Shown here in pieces: positions 11,028 through 19,421 of a DNA stretch of 20,000 bases (positions are counted from its first letter, which is position 1; each line of letters begins with the position of its first letter). The position numbers and the translations under genes are program-made. Origin of the DNA: Chiloscyllium plagiosum (lineage: Eukaryota); NCBI RefSeq assembly GCF_004010195.1, contig NC_057719.1:89689319-89709318 (forward strand), in the 5' to 3' direction. The notes under the pieces were generated by a model. That model saw only the letters and a list, made by a program, of their open reading frames with translations. It was not told the DNA's origin and searched no databases.

Positions 11028-12654
11028 ATGTTTGTTCTTGAACAGAGGAACAACATTTGCCTCCCTCCACTCATCCGGTACTACTCCCATGGAGATCATT
11101 ACCATAGGCACAGCAATCTCATTCCTCGCTTCCCGTAGTAATGTTCGATATAATTGGTCTGGTCCTGGGGACTTACCTATCTTGATGCTTCCCAGAATTT
11201 CCAGCACATCCACTTTGTTAATGTCAGTCTGTTCAAGCCTGATAAACTGGTCCACTATCAACAAGGTGCCTCTCTCTGGAGAATACTAAAGCAAAAAACT
11301 CATTTAGGGCATTCCCTACCTCTTCAGACTCCAGGCACAAATTCCCTCCACTATCCTTGATCAGCCTTGCCTTCTCTCTCGTCATTCTCTTATTCCTCAT
11401 ATAAGTGTAGAATGCCTTTGGGTTTTCCCCAATTCTTCCCGCCAAGGCTTTTTCGTGCCCCCTCCTAGCTCTCTTCAGTCCATTTTGAGTTCTTTCCTAG
11501 CTACCCTGTAATCCTCGAAAGCTGTGCCAGATCCTTGCTTCCTTATCCATAAGTAAGCTTCCTTCGTCGTCTTCATGATGTAAAGCTCCTCAGCTCTTGT
11601 CATCCAAGGCTCCTTCACCTTACCATTCCTTGCCTGTCTTGGTGGGACAAATTTATCCAACACTCACAACAAGTGTACCTTGTACAGCCTCCACATTTCT
11701 GTTGTGCACTTCCCATAGGACAATTGTTCCCAATTTATACTCCACAGCTCCTGTCTAATAGCAGTATAATTTCCCCTTCCCCAATTAAATACTTTCCCGT
11801 ACTGTCTGTTCCTACCCCTCTCCATGGCTGTGGTAAAGGTGAAGCAGTTGGGTTCACTGTCACTGAAATGTTGTCCCACCGAGAGATCTGACACCTGGCC
11901 TGGCTCGTTGCCTAGCACCAAATCCAATATGGCCTCCCCTGTTTGGCCTATCTACGTATTGAATCAGGAATCCTTCCTGAACACAGCTAACAAAATCGGC
12001 TCCATTCAGAACATCTGCACTTAGGAAATATTGGGGAAGTTGAAGTGACCCATAACAACAATTCTGTTACATCTACACCTTTCCAACATCTGCTGTCCAA
12101 TTTGTTCTTCTATCTCTGTGCTGCTATTGGGTCTACAGAAAACACCCAATAAGCTAATTGCTCCTTTCCTATTACTGACTTCTACCCATACTAACGCAGT
12201 AGACAAGCCCTCCTCAACAACCTCCTTTTCTGCGCTGTGATGCACTCTTTAATTAACAACGCTATTCCCCCTCCTCTTTTACCCTCCTCCCTGTTCTTTT
12301 AAAAAGATCTAAACCCTGGGGCATCCAGCAACCATCTCTGCCCCTGTGAAATTCATGTCTCTGTTATGGCCACAACATTGTCGTTCCAAGTACTGATTCA
12401 TGCTCTAAGTTCATCACTCTCTTATTCATGACATTCCTTGCATTGAAACAGACACACTTTAACCCATCCCTTTGCCCTATCAACTGTGTATCCTTCCTAG
12501 CAGACTCTCTGCATTCTATTTCTGCCCGTTCAACAACTACCATCTCCTCTGATCTCTAGCTCTGTTTCCCATCCCCCTGCCAAACTCATTTAAATCCTCC
12601 CGAAGTGGTCTAGCAAATCTCCTGCCCAGGACATTTGTGCCACTCTAGTTTAAA
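11028..12654 (-). mobile_element. CR1-clade LINE ORF2 5' half (APE endonuclease and linker), decayed
   Basis: Minus-strand ORFs give VWVEVSNRKG...GVFCRP...IVVMGHFNFPNI, LDLVLGNEPGQV.DLSVG.HFSDS, NPKAFYTYMRNKR and IKIGKSPGPDQLY...VVPDEWREANVVPLFKNK. Confidence 0.9.
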
Positions 12655-12676
12655 AGGCCTGGTTGTCTGGCAGAAA

Positions 12677-12885
12677 CGGAGCTGAAAATGTGTTGCTGGA
12701 AAAGCGCAGCAGGTCAGGCAGCATCCAAGGAACAGGAGAATCGACGTTTCGGACATGAGCCCGAAGAAGGGCTCATGCCCGAAATGTCAATTCTCCTGCT
12801 CCTTGGATGCTGCCTGACCTGCTGCGCTTTTCCAGCAACACATTTTCAGCTCTGAACTCCAGTATTTGCAGTCCTCAGTTTCTCC
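12677..12885 (+). mobile_element. Fold-back Penelope-like pLTR derivative: 83-bp inverted arms, 6-nt loop, 34-nt tail
   Basis: Arms 12680-12762 and 12769-12851 (4 mismatches), loop GAAGAA. 13-bp TSD TGTCTGGCAGAAA (12664-12676, 12886-12898). Tail homologous to the element at 3778. Confidence 0.88.
12761..12791 (+). ncRNA. Disrupted hammerhead motif at the fold-back apex
   Basis: CCGAAGA-A-GGGC(tcat)GCCC-GAA-ATGT-C. Stem II and GAAA are intact, but CUGAnGA and stem I are broken by the inversion junction. Confidence 0.55.
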
Positions 12886-13782
12886 TGTCTGGCAGAAAGC
12901 AGAGAATGGGAATAAAAGGGCCTTTCTCAGGATGGCAACCAGTGACAGGTGGTGTTCTGCAAGGCTCAGTGTTAGGATCACAACTTTCCACTTTGTACAT
13001 TAATGATCAAACAAAGCAACTGAGGGTATTCTGGCTAAGTTTGCAGATGATACAAAGATAGGTAGAGGCACAGGTAGCATTGAGAAGGCTGCAGAAGAGT
13101 TTGGACAGGTTAGGAGAGTGGGCAAAGGTGTAGCACATGGAGTACAACATGGAAAAGTGTAAGGTCATGCACTTTGGTAGGAAGAATAGAGGCATAGACT
13201 ATTTTCTATATAAGGAGAAAATTGAGAGTTCTAGTCCAGGATTCTCTCAAGGTAATCTTGCAGGTTGAGACAGTAGTTAGGAAGGGAAATGCAATGGTGG
13301 CATTTATTTTGGGAAGACTTGAATATTAAAGCATGGATGTCCTTCTGAGGCTCTATAAAGCTCTGGTCAGACCACATTTGGAGCATTGTGTGCAGTTTTG
13401 GACTTCAAATCTCAGGAAGAATGTACTGGCCCTGGAGCGTGTTCAGAGGAGGTTGACCAGAATGGTCCCAAGAATGAGAAGTTTAACATATGAGGAATGT
13501 TTGAGGATTCCAGGTCTGTATTCTGTGGAGTCAAGAAGGATGAGGGGGAATCTAATGGAAGCATGCAAAATACTGAATAGCCTGGACAGAGTGGATGTTG
13601 GGAAAATGTTTCCATTGGTCGGAGAGACTCTGACCTGAAGGCACAGCCTTAGAGTAAAAACAGAGATAAGGAGAAACTTCTTCAGGCAGAGAGTGAATTT
13701 CATAGATTAACTATTGTTGCAGAAGGCTGTGGAGACCAGGTCATTGAATGTATTTAAGACTGAGATAGATAGGTTCTTGATT

Positions 13783-14091
13783 AGATTAGATTACTTACAG
13801 TGTGGAAACAGGCCCTTCAGCCCAACAAGTCCACACCGACCTGCCAAAGCGCAACCCACCCAGACCCATTCCCCTACATTTATTCCTTCACCTAACACTA
13901 CGGGCAATTTAGCATGGCCAATTCACCTAACCTGCACATTTTTGGACTGTGGGAGGAAACCGGAGCACCCGGAGGAAACCCACACAGACACAGGAAGAAT
14001 GTGCAAACTCCACTCAGTCAGTCGCCTGAGGCAGGAATTAAACCCGGATCTCTGGCGCTGTGAGGCAGCAGTGCTAACCACTGTGCCACCC
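13783..14091 (-). mobile_element. tRNA-derived SINE, HE1-like, missing a few 5' nucleotides
   Basis: Minus-strand head GGTGGCACAGTGGTTAGCACTGCTGCCTCACAGCGCCAGAGATCCGGGTTTAATTCC (A and B boxes). Homologous to 4021-4326. (AATCT)n tail. ATT duplicated at the flanks. Confidence 0.92.
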
Positions 14092-14569
14092 ATTGTCAAG
14101 AGGATCAAGGGTTATGGGGGCAAAGCAGGAGAATGAGGTTGAGAAACTTATCAGCCATGATTGAATGGCAGTGCAGATTCGATGGGCTGAATGACCTAAT
14201 TTATGCCTTTATCTGTTATGGTCTTGAGTCGATTTGCATTCAGCTTCACGTGTTGTCCAATAGTCTGGCAGAAAGAGCTAGCTTTGGATCGGTGTCAGCA
14301 GGGTAATGCCTCAATACTGTTCTCGATCTCTCTCGCTGCATAACTTCACCTCACTGCCGACAAACTCCCAGCTGGAAAGCCAAGTGAGCTTTTATTTTGG
14401 GCCAGCACTGCCCCTGTCCCAGTCCCATGGTGGGGATCAGTGGAAGGGGTAAGTTATATTTAATTGAAATGAGCAAGTGAGCATTCTCTGGATTTTAAAA
14501 CATGGTTATCCCAATCCAGCAGTGTTCAATAGGGGCATAGCAAAGACGATTTAATTATTTAGTTGGAAG

Positions 14570-14660
14570 CAACAAATGCTGGATATCACAGTGGGTCAGA
14601 CAACATCCATGGAGACAGCAAGCTAACGGTTCAAGTTTAGGTGACTCTTCATCAGAGCCG
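14570..14660 (-). mobile_element. Short Penelope-like pLTR fragment (third family)
   Basis: Minus strand: hammerhead followed by ...GGATGTTGTCTGACCCACTGTGATATCCAGCATTTG, resembling the GGATGCTGCCTGACCTGCTG...TCCAGCA segment of the other pLTRs. Confidence 0.65.
14622..14658 (-). ncRNA. Minimal hammerhead motif, partly decayed
   Basis: GCT-CTGATGA-A-GAGT(cacctaa)ACTT-GAA-CCGT-T-AGC. Stem I is GCT/AGC. The stem III palindrome ACGT is mutated to CCGT. Confidence 0.6.
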
Positions 14661-15187
14661 TTCATTTGTTTGATTTGCTTGAGTTTATTTTGATTTTGGC
14701 ACTCAAAAGAGGTTGGTGGGTATGAATCAAGGGAGTGCCAATTTATGTTTAATTTATTTTGTTTTTTTCCCAAAGTAATAATGTATTTAATTTTGTTTAA
14801 GAAAGTCAAGGCAGCTTTAATTTCTATTTTGAAAGTGTAGAGTTTTGCACCCGGTGCTGTCCCTGTGCCGGGAGTGTCTGATGGGGGCAGTGTTGGGGAG
14901 TCTTGGTTTTTTCCCGTTTACGCCTTTTGTTTTAAAAAAAATGAAGGGTTGTTTTTCAGACTGGAGATGTGTGACCATTTCTCATTTATAGAAACAGTTT
15001 GGGTGAGAATATAAGAAACATGGTTAGTAAGTTTGTAGATGGCACCAACATTGGTGGTATAGAAGACAGTGAAGAAGGTGATCTAAGATTGCAAACATGA
15101 TTTGGAGATGCCGGTGTTGGACTGGGGTGTACAAAGTTAAAAATCACACAACACCAGGTTATAGTCCAACAGGTTTAATTGGAAGCA

Positions 15188-15222
15188 CACTAGCTTTCGG
15201 AGCGTCGCTCCTTCATCAGGTA
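15188..15222 (-). ncRNA. Minimal type I hammerhead ribozyme
   Basis: Minus strand TAC-CTGATGA-A-GGAGC(gac)GCTCC-GAA-AGCT-A-GTG; core intact. Confidence 0.8.
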
Positions 15223-15574
15223 GTTGTGCAGGACACAATTGTAAGACACAGAATTTATAGCAAAAATTTACAGCGTGATGTAACTGAAATTATACATTGA
15301 AAAATACCTTGATTGTTTGTGGAGTCTTTCATCTGTTCAAATACCATGATAGTTTCACTTCTTTCATGTGTAAATCACAAAACCTTTTTTTTAAAAGTTG
15401 CATTCTCAGGTTAACTGTAACAATTGGTGTTAGCTAGACAATATGACGAAGGTGTTCTCTGTGCCATAATGTTTAGACTGATTCTAATCTAAAAAGTGAT
15501 ATAAATTCAAGCAGTTTTTGAGCAAAGTACAATGTAACTCTGCAAGTAAAAATTCACCCCACAAATGTAAAAAT

Positions 15575-15745
15575 GTGTGTCTGTCTGCGTCTGTCTGGGT
15601 TGGGGGGGTTGTGAGTGTGAGAGAGAGTGTCTTAAATTTGTGAGGGGGTGCATGTGTGATGTGGCAGTGTGTGTGTCCGTGTGTATGTGTGTATATAGGA
15701 ATGTGTGTGTGTGTGCGCATGTGTAGGTGTGTCCGTGTATGTATA
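15575..15745. repeat. Degenerate (TG)n-rich tract in the Penelope-like 3' UTR (left arm)
   Basis: Imperfect TG/GA dinucleotide runs, mirrored by 16490-16740. Confidence 0.85.
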
Positions 15746-16027
15746 GTGCAATGGTGGTCACCTGTAGTGTCACATGAATCCAAAGTCCCAGTTAAGGCCC
15801 TCCCTATGGGTACGAAATTTAGCTAACAGCCTCTGATTGGCCACTTTTCACTGCTGCCTGTCCCGAAGTCCACCTTGGAGAATGGTCACCCGAAGGTCTG
15901 AGGTTGAATGTCCTGGACCGCTGAAGTGTTCCCCAAAGCTGGGCAGCTTGCTACAAACAATGATTTGTTTGAGGTTTGGTGGTTGTTTAAAGGTAAGCAG
16001 TGGAGGTGTGGGGAATGTGTTGGCGAG

Positions 16028-16478
16028 CCCAGCTTTCAGGACATCTCCATACAATGCTGTCATGGTAGGCGCTGCAAGACGTGTCAGAGTCTGGACATGG
16101 ATACCACCATTACACGTGGGGACACCTCCCACCACGTATGTGGCAGGTACTCATGTGACTCAGCCAACGTTGTCTATCTTATATGTTGCAGGCAAGGATG
16201 CCCTGGGGCATGGTACATTGGGGAATCCGAGCAAAGGCTACGGCAAAGGATGAATGGGCACCACACAACAAATCAATAGACAGGAGTGTTCCCTCCCAGT
16301 TGGGGAACACTTCAGCGGTCCAGGACATTCGACCTCGGACCTTCGGGCGACCATCCTCCAAGGCGGACTTCAGGACAGACAGCAGCGAAAAGTGGCCGAG
16401 CAGAGGCTGATCACTAAGTTCCGTACCTATAAGGAGGGCCTCAACCGGGACCTTGGATTCATGTCACACTATAGGTGA
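16028..16478 (+). pseudogene. GIY-YIG endonuclease C-terminus of a Penelope-like ORF; 5'-truncated, one frameshift near 16265
   Basis: PSFQDISIQCCHGRRCKTC...YSCDSANVVYLICCRQGCPGAWYIGESEQRLRQRMNGH, then INRQECSLPVGEHFSGPGHS...RKVAEQRLITKFRTYKEGLNRDLGFMSHYR*. Has the VVY-YIG motif, conserved R, E and N, CCHH and a Cys-rich linker. Confidence 0.9.
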
Positions 16479-16489
16479 CCGCCGCTGCA

Positions 16490-16740
16490 CTATACATACA
16501 CGGACACTCCTACACACACACACACACATTCCTACAGACACAACACATTAACTCACATTCCTACAGACATACACACACTCCCACACTCTCACATGCACCC
16601 CCTCACAGATTTAAGACACTCTACACTCACATACACACACACACATACACTCTCTCTCACACTCACAACCCCCCCAAGCCAGACAGACACACACAACACA
16701 CACACACACAAAGACCCACATGCACACATATGCATATACG
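16490..16740. repeat. Degenerate (CA)n-rich tract in the Penelope-like 3' UTR (right arm)
   Basis: Imperfect CA/CT dinucleotide runs directly after the GIY-YIG stop codon. Confidence 0.85.
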
Positions 16741-17114
16741 TTTGTGGGGTGAATTTGTACTTGCAGAGTTACATTGTACTTTGCTCAAAAACTGCATGAA
16801 TTTATGTGAGACTCTGTTATCTCACTTTTTAGATTAGTATCAGTCCAAACATTAAGGCACAGACAGAGAACACAGGGGCTAACACCTTCAACATATTGTC
16901 TAGCTAACACCAATTGTTACAGCTAACCTGGGAATGCAACTTTTAAAAAAAACGTTTTGTGATTTACACATGAATGAAGTGAAACTATCATAGTATTTGA
17001 ACAGATGAAAGACTCCACAAACAATCAAGGTATTTTTCAATGTATAATTTCAATTACATCACACTGTAAATTTTTGCTATAAATTCTGTGTCTTACAATT
17101 GTGTCCTGTACAAC

Positions 17115-17149
17115 CACCTGATGAAGGAGCGGCACTCCGAAAGCTAGTG
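17115..17149 (+). ncRNA. Minimal type I hammerhead ribozyme (tandem copy 1)
   Basis: CAC-CTGATGA-A-GGAG(cggca)CTCC-GAA-AGCT-A-GTG. Confidence 0.8.
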
Positions 17150-17308
17150 TGCTTCTAATTAAACCTGTTGGACTACAACCTGGTGTTGTGTGAATTTTAA
17201 GATTGCAACCACAAACAATCAAGGTATTTTTCAATGTATAATTTCAATTACATCACGCTGTAAATTTTTGCTATAAATTCTGTGTCTTACAATTGTGTCC
17301 TGCACAAC

Positions 17309-17343
17309 CACCTGATGAAGGAGCGGCGCTCCGAAAGCTAGTG
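17309..17343 (+). ncRNA. Minimal type I hammerhead ribozyme (tandem copy 2)
   Basis: CAC-CTGATGA-A-GGAGC(ggc)GCTCC-GAA-AGCT-A-GTG; core and stems intact. Confidence 0.82.
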
Positions 17344-18406
17344 TGCTTCCAATTACACCTGTTGGACTACAACCTGGTGTTGTGTGAATTTTAAGATTGC
17401 AAAGGGATCTTAATCAGTTGTGCCAATAGGCCAAGCAGTGTCAGAAGGAGGTTAATTGAGATAAATGCAGGGTGTTGCATTTTGATAAGATGAACATAGC
17501 AAGACCTACACAGCTAATAATAAGGCCTGTAGAGTGTTATCGAACAGACACCTAGCGGTTGATAGGATCTCTACAGAATGGAAGCCGGCCATTCAGCCCA
17601 TCAAGTTTACACTGACCAGTGCCATTTACGTTGCGTGCAAAAGCAGATGCAGAAACCAAGAGGCTAGAAAGCAAAGGAATCATCAAAACGAGGATAATGT
17701 GACCTATGGGCATCACTGGTAAAACCATTCGTGGATCGGTTTGCGTTTGTGGAGGTTTCAAAGAAACTGTGAACAGCATTTTCTTTCAGCTGGATAAATA
17801 CTCAATCCATCGCATAGATGACTTGCATGCAAATCTGCTAGAGGATCTGTCCTCAAAAAGCTGGATATAAGCCATGCTTACCTGCCATTGTGATCACATG
17901 AGAATTCCCATAAGTATGCTGTAATTAATGCCCATAAGGGTTTCTGCCTGTATATGAGACTGCGCTTTGGAGTATCATCAGCCTGTGCAATTTTCCAGTG
18001 AATGAAGGTGAGCATTTTTCAAGTTCAACCCCAGGTCACCATTGATCTGAATGATGTGCTAATAACTGGGAAGACCAATAAAGAGCATGTTGAGAACTTG
18101 GTCATAGTGTTTAAATTTTCTACAAGGTCTTAGGAAGGAATAATGTGTGTTCCAAGGCACCTCAACTGACCTACTAGGGTGACACAATCAACAAGACCGG
18201 GTTACACACATTGAAATATAAAGTGAGAGCGATCAAGAGTGCCCCAGCTCCCACGTCTGTACCAGAGCTTAGGACTTTCGTTGGGTTGGTGGAATGTTAA
18301 GGAAAATTCATATGCAACAAGACCTTCATGTTGGCACCTACCATTTGGCATTGAGAAAGGGTCAACCTTGGAAATAATGGTGTAGCCAAGAAGCAGCCTT
18401 TAGGGA

Positions 18407-19035
18407 GGAGGGTTGTTTTTCAGACTGGAGGCCTCCCTCCCTCCCTCTCCCTCCCTCTCCCTACCCCCCCCTCCCCCTCNNNNNNNNNNNNTATATAAAT
18501 GATTTGGATGTGAGCATAAGAGGTATAGTTAGTAAGTTAGCAGATGACACTAAAATTGGAGGTGTTGTGGACAGCAAAGAAGGGGACCTCTGATTACAAC
18601 AGGATCTTGATCAGATGGGCCACTGGGCTGAGAAGTGGCAGATGGAGTTTAATTTAGATAAATGGAAGGTGCTGCATTTTGGGAAAGCAAATCTTAGCAG
18701 GACTTATACACTTAATGGTAAGGTCCTAGGGAGCGTTGCTGAACAAAGAGACCTTGGAGTGCAAGTTCATAGCTCCTTGAAAGTGGTGTCGCAGGTAGAT
18801 AGGATAGTGAAGAAGGTGTTTGGTATGCTTTCCTTTATTTGGTCAGAAAGATGTTGGAGGCTAGTACATTTGCAACATTTAAAAGGGATCTGGATGGGTG
18901 TATGAATAAGAAGGGTTTGGAGGGCTATGGGCTAGGTGCTGGCAGGTGGGACTAGATTGAGTTGGGATATCTGGTCGGCATGGAAAGGTTGGACCGAAGT
19001 GACTGTTTCCATGCTGCACATCTCTATGAGTCTAA
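18407..19035 (+). mobile_element. CR1-clade LINE 3' fragment with an internal deletion, spanning an assembly gap
   Basis: YINDLD...SKLADDTKIGGVVDS...WAEKWQMEFNLDK...QRDLGVQVHSSLKV, then a jump to a 3' UTR ending ...CATCTCTATGAGTCTA. Confidence 0.85.
18480..18491. other. Assembly gap (12 N) preceded by a C/T low-complexity tract (18432-18479)
   Basis: N run visible in the sequence. Confidence 0.99.
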
Positions 19036-19421
19036 GTGAGAAAGCAGTTATCCTCATTTAATGTGTGATGTGGTACTGACATGCATTGCCTCCTGTAAAG
19101 TACTAGGGTACTGTCGGCTCAGAAGGTAGGAATGCCTGATAGTGTATCCTTCCCCGACTTTGGCTGATGCCAAATGTAGATGCGTTCTGATAGAGAAGGA
19201 AGGTATGGCGCTAATCTTTACTGTGAAAAAGTTCCACCAATACCTATTGCAGGCATTGATTTGTAACAGTAATGGACCACAAACTCCTGCAAGGGCCACT
19301 TGAGAATAGGGCCATCCCATCTCTAGCTTTGGATCAAAATCCGCGATGAACTCTTATTCTAAGTGCAAACAATTACAACTTGGAACACCCTCTGCGAGGC
19401 CAACCAGTAAATGCGGATGCC

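Larger units (their letters stand above)
12655..14225 (+). mobile_element. CR1-clade LINE, RT through 3' end, interrupted by a Penelope-like hairpin and a SINE
   Basis: WLSGRKQRMGIKG.FSGWQPVTGGVLQGSVLG, KFADDTKIG, KCKVMHFGRKN, LYKALVRPHLEHCVQFW, ERVQRRLTRMVP. 3' end ...TTATGGTCTT. Confidence 0.9.
15096..17391. mobile_element. Penelope-like (Neptune-type) element: two 5'-truncated copies in divergent inverted arrangement
   Basis: 12-bp TSD TAAGATTGCAAA (15084-15095, 17392-17403). Long inverted repeats at about 15138-15934 and 16302-17200. 42-nt tail (15096-15137) on the left arm only. GIY-YIG ORF in the centre. Hammerheads in each pLTR. Confidence 0.92.
17015..17402 (+). repeat. 194-bp tandem duplication (17015-17208, 17209-17402), each unit carrying a hammerhead
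   Basis: 5 substitutions between units. Each unit ends with the target-site sequence TAAGATTGCAA. Confidence 0.95.
14943..17561 (+). mobile_element. Decayed CR1 RT fragment (start of duplicated unit B), split by the Penelope-like insertion at 15096-17391
   Basis: 14943-15095 and 17392-17561 join across the TSD and align with 6452-6778. Confidence 0.8.
17562..19421 (+). mobile_element. Decayed Ty3/Gypsy pol remnant (RT, RNase H), paralogous to 6779-8802, interrupted by a CR1 piece
   Basis: GSVCVCGGFKETVN..QLDKYSIHRIDDL, KLDISHAYL, YAVINAHKG...RLRFGVSSACAIFQ, DLNDVLITGKT, IKSAPAPTSVPELRTFVGLV. Then TLADAKCR...IEKEGMALIFTVKKFHQYL and NADA. Confidence 0.85.

Noticed and set aside
12680..12851. 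miRNA precursor or terminator
   Set aside because: Fully explained as an inverted transposon end with a TSD; the sequence gives no evidence of processing.
13714..14136. 140-aa ORF
   Set aside because: Read-through of CR1 3' sequence into an antisense SINE; not a plausible gene.
16475..16837. His/Thr-rich protein ORFs (also 15484-15783)
   Set aside because: Translation artefacts of CA/TG dinucleotide tracts in the Penelope-like 3' UTR.
17015..17402. CRISPR or other repeat-spacer array
   Set aside because: Two long head-to-tail units with no unique spacers, in eukaryotic retroelement context.
18432..18491. Pyrimidine-rich regulatory or G-quadruplex tract
   Set aside because: It abuts an N gap, so its sequence and length are unreliable.
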